A stretch of 32,000 nt of DNA from Erysipelotrichaceae bacterium MTC7 (GTDB taxonomy: Bacteria > Bacillota_I > Bacilli_A > Erysipelotrichales > Erysipelotrichaceae), in contig LVZN01000006.1 of the NCBI GenBank assembly GCA_001695645.1, positions 30,001 to 62,000 of the forward strand, read 5' to 3'. The notes below the pieces were generated by a model that made no database searches, had not been told where the DNA came from, and saw only the letters and a program-made list of their open reading frames with translations. A program made the position numbers and the translations under genes. Below, piece after piece: positions 15,924 through 25,564 of the stretch. The first letter of the stretch is position 1. Each line of letters starts with the position of its first letter.

Positions 15924-17174
15924 CTATTCCTCCGATAAATAATTATGTAATTGGTTTTCTAGATGATTGGCATATCCATCCAAATGGATGTATTCCAAAT
16001 CACGAATCACCTGACGGTTTGTATCATAGTAAATGTTCATGTTTGCACGTGGTTGTACAACAAAGTAACCAACAACAGCTAACACAATACTCATACTAAT
16101 CGCAACGTGAATCTTGTAGGGTTTGAAACGACGTGCATGTGAGAATAAAAAGGCAATTACAATTCCAACCACAAACCCTCCAAGGTGTCCAGCCAAAGAT
16201 ATTCCTGGCATTAAAGAAATCAAAACGTTGATTACTACCACTTGAATGACGCTTGCGCGTATTTGTGGAATTCGAATCATATCATTTTCAATGATGGATA
16301 ATAAATACGCTCCTAAAAGTCCATAAAGACCTCCGGAGATCCCTACCATTAGTGCCGTTGGACTTACAATATACGTTAACAGTCCACCACCAAGAATGGA
16401 TGCAAGTAAGATCACAATAAATTGTCGTCTAGGATACACGCGTTGCAAATAGTTTCCTAAATAATAAAGGGATACCATATTCACAAACAAGTGAATTATA
16501 TCCGCGTGTAGAAAACCATAGGTAAACAAACGCCAGTACTCATGTGCACCAGTAATAAAGTTGGTATAATAGGCACCACTAAGGATGAGTGTTGTATTCC
16601 AATCGTTACCAGCAACTTGATTTAAATGTTGTCCAAGCAATACTTGCAGTGCATAAACTACAACACAAAGGACAATCAAGCCAATGGTAAACTTTGGTAT
16701 ATTTTTACGTTTGGCTTCTTTTGCTTTCTTTTTCTGATACGCTTCTAAATTACGATTGACTTGTGCAACCGCTTCATCGTTATTTTCCACTGGATGTACA
16801 TAAGAAGCTAGTTTTGGAAAAGCTTCTTGTAAGCGTGCATTGAGTGGTTCATATGACAATTGTATTTGTGTGAAGTTATCTTCTTGGAAAGCAACACTCT
16901 CTGGATTGCTATTGATGATAATGATTTCACCTTGCGCTTCTTTAGCAAAGATGAATTGTCCAAGAAACGACTTTACACGATTCAAATAATCTTTTTCGAA
17001 TACAATAGACGAACTTACTTTACTCGTTAACCGAATAATAGGAAAATGTGGATTATCTTTATTTGTTAGCCATAGATCTTTCTTTTGTCCTTGAAAGCGA
17101 ATGATATGGTATCCATAATTTGCAACCAAACAATCCATGACTTGGTATAACATCACATCTCTATTTTCGATCAT
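15924..17174 (-). CDS. rhomboid-family intramembrane serine protease with an N-terminal cytoplasmic domain
   Basis: A C-terminal polytopic domain carries the rhomboid motifs WRLFTYGFLHADIIHLFVNM, GISGGLYGLLGA (catalytic Ser) and AGHLGGFVVG (catalytic His). The start overlaps the rluD stop by 4 nt (ATGA). Confidence 0.85.
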   Translation of the reverse strand: MIENRDVMLYQVMDCLVANYGYHIIRFQGQKKDLWLTNKDNPHFPIIRLTSKVSSSIVFEKDYLNRVKSFLGQFIFAKEAQGEIIIINSNPESVAFQEDNFTQIQLSYEPLNARLQEAFPKLASYVHPVENNDEAVAQVNRNLEAYQKKKAKEAKRKNIPKFTIGLIVLCVVVYALQVLLGQHLNQVAGNDWNTTLILSGAYYTNFITGAHEYWRLFTYGFLHADIIHLFVNMVSLYYLGNYLQRVYPRRQFIVILLASILGGGLLTYIVSPTALMVGISGGLYGLLGAYLLSIIENDMIRIPQIRASVIQVVVINVLISLMPGISLAGHLGGFVVGIVIAFLFSHARRFKPYKIHVAISMSIVLAVVGYFVVQPRANMNIYYDTNRQVIRDLEYIHLDGYANHLENQLHNYLSEE

Positions 17175-18085
17175 AGTTCCTCCATTTCTAAGTTATGTAG
17201 TACATCTAAGAATACTTGAGGAAGCTCACAATTGAAAGTCATACGCTCATTTGTGCTTGGATGTACAAACGTGATTTCAAAGGCGTGTAGCAATTGCCCA
17301 CCCACTTCCATCGTTTTGCGATACCCATAGGTAGGATCACCAACAATGGGATGTTTGATGTATTGCATATGCACACGAATTTGGTGTGTTCTTCCTGTTT
17401 CTAAGGTACATTCCACGAACGTATAATCGTGGAAACGTTGCAATACTTTAAAATGTGTCACCGCTTGTTTACTGTTGTGTTCTGTAATCGCCATACGTTT
17501 ACGGTCTTTTACATCACGCCCAATTGGTGCATCGATGGTTCCATAGTCATGTTCAATCACACCATGAACCAATGCTTTATATTTTCTTGAGACACTTTTA
17601 TCTTTCAGTTGTTCACTTAATGACAAATGTGCCTTATCATTTTTTGCGATTAATAAAAGTCCACTGGTGTCTTTATCGATGCGGTGTACAATCCCTGGAC
17701 GTAACACGCCATTGATGCCACTTAGATCTTTACAGTGATATAAGACTGCATTTACCAATGTTCCTTTTAAATTTCCCACTGCAGGGTGTACCACCATTCC
17801 TCGTGGTTTGTTGATGACCATGAGATCGCTATCTTCATAAACGATTTCAATGGGAATGTTTTCTGCTTCCACTGCCAACACTTCATCATCAGGAATGTTT
17901 ACCTGAATAACATCATCTAATTTCACTTTATAGTTTGCTTTTGTGGCAACTCCATTGACCAAAATATGGCCTTCTTTAATCAAGGTTTGCACGCGACTAC
18001 GCGAAAAATCATAAGCTTCTGTTAGCAGCTTATCAAGTCGTGTTTCTTGATGATTTTCATTTACAATAATTTCTTCTCTAGTCAT
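17171..18085 (-). CDS. rluD: RluA-family 23S rRNA pseudouridine synthase (RluD-like)
   Basis: An N-terminal S4-like segment is followed by the catalytic motif HRIDKDTSGLLL and the GRTHQIRVH block. Overlaps lspA by 8 nt. Confidence 0.88.
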   Translation of the reverse strand: MTREEIIVNENHQETRLDKLLTEAYDFSRSRVQTLIKEGHILVNGVATKANYKVKLDDVIQVNIPDDEVLAVEAENIPIEIVYEDSDLMVINKPRGMVVHPAVGNLKGTLVNAVLYHCKDLSGINGVLRPGIVHRIDKDTSGLLLIAKNDKAHLSLSEQLKDKSVSRKYKALVHGVIEHDYGTIDAPIGRDVKDRKRMAITEHNSKQAVTHFKVLQRFHDYTFVECTLETGRTHQIRVHMQYIKHPIVGDPTYGYRKTMEVGGQLLHAFEITFVHPSTNERMTFNCELPQVFLDVLHNLEMEEL

Positions 18086-18560
18086 GTTTTTTAACCCCGT
18101 ACATTTCTAATAATTCAAATAGCAACAATAAGGAAATTCCAATAACTAGACACATATCGGCAATATTGAACACCGGAAAGTCATAACCAAAAAGATTAAA
18201 GTCAAAGAAATCTGTTACATATGCCATATGTAAACGATCCAGGAAATTTCCAATGGTTCCTGCAATCATTAACGTAATGGCAATGCTTGACATCCAAGAG
18301 TCTTTCCATGTACTCCATAGAAATATTGTCAACAACACCAAAGCGATAATGGTCACAATGAAAAACATGGTTTGTTCACCTGAGAATAACCCCCAAGCAG
18401 CTCCTGTATTTTGTACATGCGTAATGGCAAAAAAGCCCGGAATCACCGTGTGACTTTGACCCACATGCATGGTTGTTTCAATGATTTGTTTGGTCCATTG
18501 ATCCAGACCAATCGCAGCTAGTAAAACTACGAGTACTACCAATAATTTTTTAACCCTCAT
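18078..18560 (-). CDS. lspA: lipoprotein signal peptidase (signal peptidase II)
   Basis: A 160-aa four-helix membrane protein with GNFLDR and FNIADMCLVIG motifs. A GAGGT RBS lies upstream. Confidence 0.88.
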   Translation of the reverse strand: MRVKKLLVVLVVLLAAIGLDQWTKQIIETTMHVGQSHTVIPGFFAITHVQNTGAAWGLFSGEQTMFFIVTIIALVLLTIFLWSTWKDSWMSSIAITLMIAGTIGNFLDRLHMAYVTDFFDFNLFGYDFPVFNIADMCLVIGISLLLLFELLEMYGVKKHD

Positions 18561-18616
18561 ATATACCTCAATCGTGTTGTCATTATATCATTTTTACCCT
18601 ATAGAAAAAAGGAATA

Positions 18617-19270
18617 CTACTGTTTTGCTTTCTCTTTACGTTTATAGGCTTCAAATTTCTCATTCTTACAAATGGAAAGAAATGGACACTGCTCACACTT
18701 AGGGTTTCTAGCCATGCAAAAGTAACGACCAAAAAAGATAAACAATTGGTGTGCCATATTCCATTCATCCCGTGGGATTTTTCGTTTTAGTTTGCGTTCA
18801 ACGACTTCAACACTATCTGCAAACTTGGCAAATCCCAAGCGTTTACTGATTCGTTCCACATGGGTATCTACTGGCATTGCGGGAATGTCAAAGTATTCTG
18901 TTTGCATTACACTTGCCGTTTTTCTACCGACGCCTGGCAGTTCTGTAAGTTTCTTAAAACTGCTTGGTACTTTACTGTCATAAACATCTGCAAGTACTTT
19001 CGCACATGCTTTGATGTTTTTTGCTTTGGCATGATACAAACCTAGCTTCGAGATATCCTTTTCAATACGTTTGATATCACCATCCGCTAGTGCACGTGGT
19101 GTTGGAAAATGATAAAACAAGGCAGGTGTTACCTTATTGACGGATTTATCCGTTGTTTGGGCACTTAGGATAATTGCAATCAACAACTCATAGTCACTAT
19201 GATAATTGAGTTCGCAGTGGGCATCTGGAAACATATCCTTCAAGGTCCCTAAGATAAAAGAGACATCCAT
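18617..19270 (-). CDS. nth: endonuclease III
   Basis: HhH-GPD signature LPGVGRKTA, and a C-terminal [4Fe-4S] loop CMARNPKCEQCPFLSIC. Confidence 0.9.
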   Translation of the reverse strand: MDVSFILGTLKDMFPDAHCELNYHSDYELLIAIILSAQTTDKSVNKVTPALFYHFPTPRALADGDIKRIEKDISKLGLYHAKAKNIKACAKVLADVYDSKVPSSFKKLTELPGVGRKTASVMQTEYFDIPAMPVDTHVERISKRLGFAKFADSVEVVERKLKRKIPRDEWNMAHQLFIFFGRYFCMARNPKCEQCPFLSICKNEKFEAYKRKEKAKQ

Positions 19271-19812
19271 TAGCGATCTCCCTTTTCATAATCTTCACTT
19301 GTAAAATTCTTAGCTTTCCACGCCCGTAAGATAGCTTCCACATATTCCATTTTTACTTTGTTGTAAACAATGGCTTCACGTAAGGCATAATCGATCAATT
19401 GTAAATCGTAACTTGTCATCCACTCCGTTAGTTTGGTCGCTTCTGGTTGGGTTAGTGGACGACCAAAACTATCTTCATAAAGTTCAAACAAACTTTCAAA
19501 TTGTTGTTGGTTGATTGGTTCATTTTGCACACTCATCGTGAACAATTTATCCATGTTATAGTGCACTTTTCCTTGGTGCATCTGCATGTCCAAATACCCA
19601 ATTTGAATCAAGTTGGCGATGAGTTCATCCACTTCTTCCATCGTTAATCCAAGATTTTCACTAGCAAGTTCCATCGTGAAATCCATAGCAAACTCATTAC
19701 AAAAATCGATGTATAAAAGTAAAAAGGCTTCTTGGATGTTGACATCCAATTGCTTCATTTCACTTAAGATATAATTGCGTCGATTGAAATACGGCATTTT
19801 TGCAATATTCAT
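19270..19812 (-). CDS. dnaD: DnaD-domain replication initiation / membrane attachment protein
   Basis: The C-terminal DnaD-type repeat FGRPLTQPEATKLTEWM...LIDYALREA and the position immediately upstream of nth match the Bacillus arrangement. It shares TAATG junctions on both sides. Confidence 0.7.
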   Translation of the reverse strand: MNIAKMPYFNRRNYILSEMKQLDVNIQEAFLLLYIDFCNEFAMDFTMELASENLGLTMEEVDELIANLIQIGYLDMQMHQGKVHYNMDKLFTMSVQNEPINQQQFESLFELYEDSFGRPLTQPEATKLTEWMTSYDLQLIDYALREAIVYNKVKMEYVEAILRAWKAKNFTSEDYEKGDR

Positions 19813-20267
19813 TATCGTTGTCCTCCATTGTAAAATAAGACTTCAAAACTATCAAAGTCAACAACCAGCATGGTACTACCACTATTTGCCACATAGGCAA
19901 TTCCTTCATAACCATAACCAATCGAAAATGTGGTGTTTGCCATTTCTTTGTAGTTTGCTAAAAGTTCATTCGCTTTAGCGAAGTCTGCTTCACTTTTTTT
20001 GCGACTCGCAATTTTCTTTGCGTTTTCATCATAGATGGTATAGCTTTCATCGCTTTCGCAAGTGAATGTGACATAACGAAAACTGTGACGTTCGATTTGT
20101 TCACATGCTTTATTCTCACTTTTGATTTCACTTTCGATACGACGTTGCTCATATTCGTTTTTTAAGACCGGTCCACTTACAAAGATGCCCATCAATGAGA
20201 CACAAATAATAACCAGTAATAACACAATAAAAGCGGTCAAACCAAAGCGATGAAGTAAATTTCTCAT
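19812..20267 (-). CDS. membrane-anchored protein of unknown function (possibly YpmB/TseB-like)
   Basis: An N-terminal anchor LTAFIVLLLVIICVSLMGIFV is followed by a roughly 110-aa soluble domain. Its location upstream of dnaD resembles Bacillus ypmB, but I cannot confirm a domain match. Confidence 0.45.
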   Translation of the reverse strand: MRNLLHRFGLTAFIVLLLVIICVSLMGIFVSGPVLKNEYEQRRIESEIKSENKACEQIERHSFRYVTFTCESDESYTIYDENAKKIASRKKSEADFAKANELLANYKEMANTTFSIGYGYEGIAYVANSGSTMLVVDFDSFEVLFYNGGQR

Positions 20268-20273
20268 CTATGT

Positions 20274-20954
20274 TTAACTTCTCCCTACAAATTCTTCGAT
20301 AAAGTTGGCGTTTTGCACCGTTGCATCGGCCAAGTTTTTTGCGTAATCCATTTCACTTCCATCAAAACATACGTTATCAGAAATGGCACGAATCACGATA
20401 CATGGAACATCTTGCTTGTTGCAAACACGTGAGATTGCTCCACTTTCCATTTCACATGCGATGACTTTTTTAAAGTGTTGACGTATAAAGTCAATTTGTG
20501 ATTGTTCGGCAATAAATTGATCACCACTTGCAATGGTTCCAATGTGGAGTTTTCCACATCCTTTTTCCGCGCAAATACGGTGTGCTAGTTGAATCAATGT
20601 TAAATAGGAATAGGAATAGATACCATATCCTTTTTCCCCATCCACTGGGCTTGTATCGAAATCATGTTGCACAATTTTATCTCCGACAACGATATCAAGT
20701 ATTTTTTGGTTTTCTGTAAAGCCCCCTGCGACTCCCGTACTCAACACATAGTTCACTTTATAGTGACATAGTAAAATAGCAGTTGTCATCGACGCCTGTA
20801 CTTTACCGACACCACTTTGTGCTAGGATTACTTTTCTCCCTGCAAGTTTTCCTTCAATCACTGGAATTTCCATAACTTTTTTACGTTTCACTCCACTCAT
20901 TTTCGCACTTATGGCTTCAACTTCACTATTCATGGCTGCAATAATACAAATCAT
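20274..20954 (-). CDS. mtnN: 5'-methylthioadenosine / S-adenosylhomocysteine nucleosidase
   Basis: Start at MICIIAAMNSEVE, with AAGGAGGG 6 nt upstream. Contains SGVGKV and CEMESGAI motifs. Confidence 0.88.
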   Translation of the reverse strand: MICIIAAMNSEVEAISAKMSGVKRKKVMEIPVIEGKLAGRKVILAQSGVGKVQASMTTAILLCHYKVNYVLSTGVAGGFTENQKILDIVVGDKIVQHDFDTSPVDGEKGYGIYSYSYLTLIQLAHRICAEKGCGKLHIGTIASGDQFIAEQSQIDFIRQHFKKVIACEMESGAISRVCNKQDVPCIVIRAISDNVCFDGSEMDYAKNLADATVQNANFIEEFVGRS

Positions 20955-20956
20955 GT

Positions 20957-21655
20957 TTAACCCTCCTTTTGACACACATAAAAATATTTTTCACCTTCGA
21001 CCATACCGGCTTGTTCAAAATCTGTCCAAATTGAAACAGTAAAGCCTAAAGATTGCAAGACATCCGTTATGTATTCAGGTTTAAAAACCCACTGTTCATG
21101 GTGCTCATAATGCGTACTTCCATCTTTTTCATAAAAGACAAAGTTGTGCAATAACCGGTTACCATCTGCGATGATACTCCAAATATAATCCGTACCATCG
21201 ACCACCCCTGCTTCATAGAATTCTTGGGCAAATTCCGTTAAACGGTCCATGGTATGCATATCAAACAAGAATGTCCCACCTACTTCTAAGTGATCATAGA
21301 CCTGCTTAAAAACATGTTCAATATGTGCTTCATCAATATAGTTGATACTATCACAAAAACAAATGATGCTCTCGTACATTTTCGCTTGTTCCATTTGATA
21401 CATATCCATAAAGGCGTAAGTAACCAAATGGTCCACATCTTTTTTACGTGCTTCTTCTAACATTTCTTCGGACAGATCCGTGGCAAGTAGTTGATACCCT
21501 GCTTTTGCAAGTTGCAAAGAAATCTCACCTGAACCACATGCCAGTTCTAACATGTTGGTTCCTTTTGCATGTGCTTTGACAAAGTCGACGTACGAACAAG
21601 TTGCTTGTTCATCTTTCACCAAACTATCGTAATGTTTAGCTAATTGGTTATACAT
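20957..21655 (-). CDS. class I SAM-dependent methyltransferase (YqeM-like)
   Basis: Start at MYNQLAKHYD, which overlaps the rsfS stop by 8 nt. The SAM-binding motif is LELACGSGEISLQLA. Its position after rsfS matches Bacillus yqeM. Confidence 0.75.
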   Translation of the reverse strand: MYNQLAKHYDSLVKDEQATCSYVDFVKAHAKGTNMLELACGSGEISLQLAKAGYQLLATDLSEEMLEEARKKDVDHLVTYAFMDMYQMEQAKMYESIICFCDSINYIDEAHIEHVFKQVYDHLEVGGTFLFDMHTMDRLTEFAQEFYEAGVVDGTDYIWSIIADGNRLLHNFVFYEKDGSTHYEHHEQWVFKPEYITDVLQSLGFTVSIWTDFEQAGMVEGEKYFYVCQKEG

Positions 21656-21989
21656 GACTCTCCAATCTTGGTAAATCTCCATACAAACGTTCCAGTTTAT
21701 ACACATTACGTTCTTCATCTAAGAACACATGCACAATCACTTCGTCAGCATCGATTAAAATCCAACGCGAATTTTTATCCCCTTCAAAGTGATGAATGCT
21801 TAAACCATTTTCTTTTAACGCAGTTTCGATATTACTAGCAATCGCATATACTTGACGTAAGTTATCAGCACTTGTAATAATCACACGGTCAATAAATGGG
21901 TTTAATGCCGTAAAGTCATACATCATGACATCTTCCCCTTTGGTGTTATCAATTGCTTCAAGGATTACTTTTACTTTATTTTCCATCAT
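21648..21989 (-). CDS. rsfS: ribosome silencing factor RsfS (iojap family)
   Basis: About 113 aa with an iojap-like sequence (FIDRVIITSADNLRQV...WILIDADEVIVHVF). The ATG at 21989 has GGAGAAG 7 nt upstream. Confidence 0.85.
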   Translation of the reverse strand: MMENKVKVILEAIDNTKGEDVMMYDFTALNPFIDRVIITSADNLRQVYAIASNIETALKENGLSIHHFEGDKNSRWILIDADEVIVHVFLDEERNVYKLERLYGDLPRLESHV

Positions 21990-23013
21990 TGTATTCTTCT
22001 CCATAGTATGTTGCTTGGTCTTTTTTTACTGCACGAAACCCTTCATGTAGGTTTTCTTTACTACGTGCAATCAGAGCTGAACTATCATAATCCCGCAAAG
22101 GATCACACTTATCAGCGATATATAATATTTTAGCATAATTTGAGTGGCAATTACCTAAGACATGATGTGCAATTGCTTCACACAAAGTATCATTTTTTAA
22201 AAACAGCTGCTTTTTGCAGACATATGCACCCATAAATCCATGCCAAATACTTTCTTTTTCCTTTAACAAGTCTGGTGCTAAGACATGTAAGATGCGCTTA
22301 CTGTCTTCAACACTTATGCGCTTGAATTCTTTATTGATATCATGGTAATAGCCCATCAGATACGCCAAATCTTCATCAAGGTTATGCGCGTGTGCAAGTT
22401 CTTTACATAATGTGGCTACCGACAGCGAGTGTTCATAACGATATGTACTCATCGCCGTTTTTAAAATGTCATCATAAAGCAGTTTCGTACAAAAATACGA
22501 AATCACATCCGCATCAACATGTTCTAGTTTTCCACTGCGAATGTCACTTGAACTAATGGCAACAGCATCCATTGCAAGGTGTTGCCATTTATACGGACTC
22601 TTACTTGCTTTACCATTACGCGCAAAGGCACATAGTTGCACCAAGTGTTGCAACTCATCAATACCTTTCCATGCGTCCAGTTGATCGACTTGATCATTTC
22701 CTAACAGAAAGTAAAACTCGGTTGTTGGATGTAGCTTTTTTAGTCTTTTTACCGTGTCAATCGTATAGTTTTTTTGCTTACTACCTTTTTCAATGTCACA
22801 AACTTTAAACTTAGCAAACTTGTGAAAAGCAAGTTCCAACATCTTTCTACGATCTTCATAACTTGTAAGTTTTCTGTCTTTTAAAGGCGTTTGTTCACTT
22901 AAGACAAACCAAACTTCATCGACATGCAATTGTTGTAAGGCATGTTTTGCCATCGCGATATGTCCTTTGTGGACAGGATCAAAACTACCTCCTAATAAAC
23001 CGATTTTTCTCAT
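21976..23013 (-). CDS. nadD: fusion protein: nicotinate-nucleotide adenylyltransferase (NadD) plus YqeK-type HD phosphohydrolase
   Basis: The N-terminal half has GGSFDPVHKGH (the HxGH motif) and ISSSDIR. The C-terminal half has YRYEHSLSVA and the HD motif YYHDINKE, typical of YqeK. It is a single uninterrupted 345-codon frame. Confidence 0.85.
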   Translation of the reverse strand: MRKIGLLGGSFDPVHKGHIAMAKHALQQLHVDEVWFVLSEQTPLKDRKLTSYEDRRKMLELAFHKFAKFKVCDIEKGSKQKNYTIDTVKRLKKLHPTTEFYFLLGNDQVDQLDAWKGIDELQHLVQLCAFARNGKASKSPYKWQHLAMDAVAISSSDIRSGKLEHVDADVISYFCTKLLYDDILKTAMSTYRYEHSLSVATLCKELAHAHNLDEDLAYLMGYYHDINKEFKRISVEDSKRILHVLAPDLLKEKESIWHGFMGAYVCKKQLFLKNDTLCEAIAHHVLGNCHSNYAKILYIADKCDPLRDYDSSALIARSKENLHEGFRAVKKDQATYYGEEYNDGK

Positions 23014-23294
23014 ATTTGAATTAATTTCTTCTTACTTGGACGATACAGTACAATCACTCGTCCCACCACTTGCACAAGTTCGCTATTGGTCATACTTGCT
23101 AAATCCAATGCCATTTCTTTGACATTATCATCGCAGTTTTTCAATACGGTAATTTTTACCAGTTCGTGTGCTTCTAAACTCACTTCCGTACTTTCAACCA
23201 AGTTGGCACTTAGCCCACCTTTTCCAATTTGTACCAAAGCTTTTGTATTTACAGCAAGCGCACGTAGCGCTCGTCTTTGCTTTCCATTTAACAT
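23010..23294 (-). CDS. yhbY: YhbY/YqeI CRM-domain RNA-binding protein
   Basis: Start at MLNGKQRRALRA, sharing TAATG with the yqeH stop. The KQRRxLR...LVQIGKGG...ELVKI pattern is typical of the family. The track's 29-aa Cys-rich extension lies inside yqeH. Confidence 0.82.
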   Translation of the reverse strand: MLNGKQRRALRALAVNTKALVQIGKGGLSANLVESTEVSLEAHELVKITVLKNCDDNVKEMALDLASMTNSELVQVVGRVIVLYRPSKKKLIQI

Positions 23295-24361
23295 TATATC
23301 ATAGCCTTTCTTTGGATGACTTCTACTGCAGCATCTGCATAGACATCGATGCGTGAAACATGACCATGAATACAAAACCAACCCAGTCCTGCAATCACGA
23401 TATCAATTTTATCTTCTTTTTTGGTGAATGAGGTTTTCTTCATCTCACTTGCATTTGTTTCAATACTTGGGCTAAGAAGTTCACCAAGTTGATTTTGCCA
23501 CAACGTATCTGCATTTTCTTGCTTGCTGCGGTGAATGTGCAAACGATCAGAGAAGTAACAAATACAACTTACATTCTCACAATCAAACAAATCCAAACGC
23601 ACATAACCAGCAAGAGATAAGGTTTGGTTTTGACGTAGTTGAAATTTCTTTGGGTTCACTTCTTTATGAAACATGACATCCTTCAACTGATTTTCTGGCA
23701 CATAGGTTAAATAACTTTGCGTGTTCACCATACCTGGTGTGTCATATAACGTATACCCATCAAATGGAATGGGGTTCAAGTCCAACGTCGTTCCTGGATG
23801 ATGTGAAATCGTTAAGTCATGAGTGTGCATCAAAGCGTTAAGTAAGGTACTTTTTCCTGCATTTGCATTTCCTAGCATCACGACATCACGACCTTTGCGA
23901 TAGGTTGCAATCGCTGCCATCACTTCTTTTACACTTTGTTTTTCTTGCTTGTGCATGTTTGGTACAGCAACAATTCCAACCACTTGAATTCCATTGGAAT
24001 GCAAACGTTGTTGAATGAAACTCCCCATCTTACTTGCACTGGTTGTACGTGGTAAAAGATCACTTTTCGTACAAACCAAAAGAATATCTTTACCGATGAA
24101 ATGACGGTTCATCCCTTTGATGATACTTGCTTCAAAGTCCATGATGTCAACCACCCAAACAATTAGTGCATCTAAATCATTTACATTTGCAAGTAAGGCA
24201 TCATTATCAATTCCTTTTTGCATATTGATCATCACATCGCCATAATGCGACAAACGAAAACAACGCTTGCAGTAATCTTGGTCCATATTTGCGACATAAC
24301 CTAGTCCATTTGGGTTTTCTGTTTGTAGTGTAACACCACATCCTTTACATTTTTTACTCAT
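23294..24361 (-). CDS. yqeH: ribosome biogenesis GTPase YqeH (circularly permuted GTPase)
   Basis: N-terminal zinc-finger CKGCG...CKRCFRL. Permuted G motifs are present: TKSD precedes GNANAGKST and DTPG. The ATG at 24361 has GGAG 6 nt upstream, and the start overlaps the yqeG stop. Confidence 0.88.
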   Translation of the reverse strand: MSKKCKGCGVTLQTENPNGLGYVANMDQDYCKRCFRLSHYGDVMINMQKGIDNDALLANVNDLDALIVWVVDIMDFEASIIKGMNRHFIGKDILLVCTKSDLLPRTTSASKMGSFIQQRLHSNGIQVVGIVAVPNMHKQEKQSVKEVMAAIATYRKGRDVVMLGNANAGKSTLLNALMHTHDLTISHHPGTTLDLNPIPFDGYTLYDTPGMVNTQSYLTYVPENQLKDVMFHKEVNPKKFQLRQNQTLSLAGYVRLDLFDCENVSCICYFSDRLHIHRSKQENADTLWQNQLGELLSPSIETNASEMKKTSFTKKEDKIDIVIAGLGWFCIHGHVSRIDVYADAAVEVIQRKAMI

Positions 24362-24878
24362 CAAATACTCCTTTTTTAAGTATATTTTTCTTTTCTAGTT
24401 GTTTGTAGACAAAGTTTTCAAAGATACGATTCACCTTTGTTGCTTTGATATCACGTTGTACCAATGGTGCTGTATGAATCACATACATGTGCATACGTTT
24501 GGCTCCCAGTACATCAGTCATCAACTGATCCCCTACAGCAACCACGTGTTCTGCTTGTACATGGTAGTCACGCAAGATCTTTTTATAGGTCCGTTTTAAC
24601 GGTTTATTAGCAAAACTGTAAAAGGGAACATCTAAAGCTTTTGCAAATGTCTCTACCCGGTTTTTGTAATTGTTTGAAATCATGCAAACTTGCATACCAC
24701 TTTGCTTTACTTTTGTGATAAAGGCACGAGCTGCATCACTTGGATGTGACTGATCATGTGCCACCATCGTATTGTCAATATCACAAATCATCAAGGTAAA
24801 ACCTTGCGCAACAAGCTTGTCAATATCAATCGATTCAAAACTTTTTACATAGGCATCTGGGGTAAAGTATTTTAACAT
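24354..24878 (-). CDS. yqeG: YqeG-family HAD-IIIA phosphatase
   Basis: Start at MLKYFTPDAY. HAD motif I is CDIDNTMV, and GDQLMTDV lies near the C-terminus. It is the first gene after a terminator and promoter. Confidence 0.82.
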   Translation of the reverse strand: MLKYFTPDAYVKSFESIDIDKLVAQGFTLMICDIDNTMVAHDQSHPSDAARAFITKVKQSGMQVCMISNNYKNRVETFAKALDVPFYSFANKPLKRTYKKILRDYHVQAEHVVAVGDQLMTDVLGAKRMHMYVIHTAPLVQRDIKATKVNRIFENFVYKQLEKKNILKKGVFDE

Positions 24879-24904
24879 AGATTCTCGCTTTCTTTCATTC
24901 AATA

Positions 24905-24933
24905 ATAGTACCATTAATGGGCTTGTTTATCAA
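24905..24933 (-). promoter_or_regulatory. sigma-A type promoter for the yqeG cluster
   Basis: Minus strand TTGATA (24933-24928), a 17-nt spacer, then TACTAT (24910-24905). Confidence 0.45.
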
Positions 24934-24952
24934 TTTACAATACACGCAATGT

Positions 24953-24981
24953 AGCGAAACAAAAACAGCATTTCGCTGTTT
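24953..24981 (-). terminator. intrinsic terminator ending the extended nusA-infB operon
   Basis: Minus strand AACAGC-GAAAU-GCUGUU followed by UUUGUUU. The 5' arm overlaps the stop codon of the 194-aa gene. Confidence 0.7.
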
Positions 24982-25564
24982 ATTTTGGTTCATACCGACG
25001 TTTCGCCGCAATGTCTTTCATATAGTTTTTTAGTTCAATGCGTACTTCTGGTGCCTCTTGTTGAAGATAGGCTACACATGCTTCGTGCTCTTTTTCATCA
25101 AGTTTCACCACAAAGTCGCGTTTCTTTGTTTCAAGTAAGGCAAACTGCTTTGCAAGCACAACTTGAACCACACTTCCATATGCTTTTCCATCAATCTGGA
25201 TATTCGCCTTTTCCAGTTGAACTTTCTTCTCGTATGACGCTCCTAAATAACTTTGCCAGTCTTTCGTTAATTGACTGACCGTATATTCAGGGTCACGGTT
25301 CTTATACGTCTTTGATACAAGTTTTCCTAAGTATAATACAACCGCCAAGACCATAAGTCCTACAATGACATTCACTACTTTGTACAGCAGTAAATCTGCA
25401 TAATACGCTTGGGTAAGTAAGGCAACACTTAGTAGTGTCAATAAGGCAATCACAACATTTAATAAACGATATAGACGACCAAGTGCATAACGGTCAATAT
25501 GTTGGTACGCATAGTCTTTTACATCACTTGCTTCCATGGGTTTATCAAAAATAAAGGGCTGCAT
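24980..25564 (-). CDS. two-helix membrane protein with a soluble C-terminal domain (unknown function)
   Basis: Two hydrophobic helices (NVVIALLTLLSVALL and VVNVIVGLMVLAVVLYL) are followed by about 110 charged residues. Its ATG shares TAATG with the upstream stop. It may be YcxB-like, but I cannot verify that. Confidence 0.5.
   Translation of the reverse strand: MQPFIFDKPMEASDVKDYAYQHIDRYALGRLYRLLNVVIALLTLLSVALLTQAYYADLLLYKVVNVIVGLMVLAVVLYLGKLVSKTYKNRDPEYTVSQLTKDWQSYLGASYEKKVQLEKANIQIDGKAYGSVVQVVLAKQFALLETKKRDFVVKLDEKEHEACVAYLQQEAPEVRIELKNYMKDIAAKRRYEPK

Noticed and set aside
1-21655. Apparent methionine/SAM theme (metA, metY, metF, metH, B12 uptake, radical-SAM hydE/hydG, mtnN, a SAM methyltransferase), suggesting one functional super-cluster
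   Set aside because: The units have separate promoters, terminators and regulatory RNAs, and an unrelated amylase and many housekeeping genes lie between them. Proximity alone does not support a single system. It might be worth a genome-context statistic, but it is not a claim.
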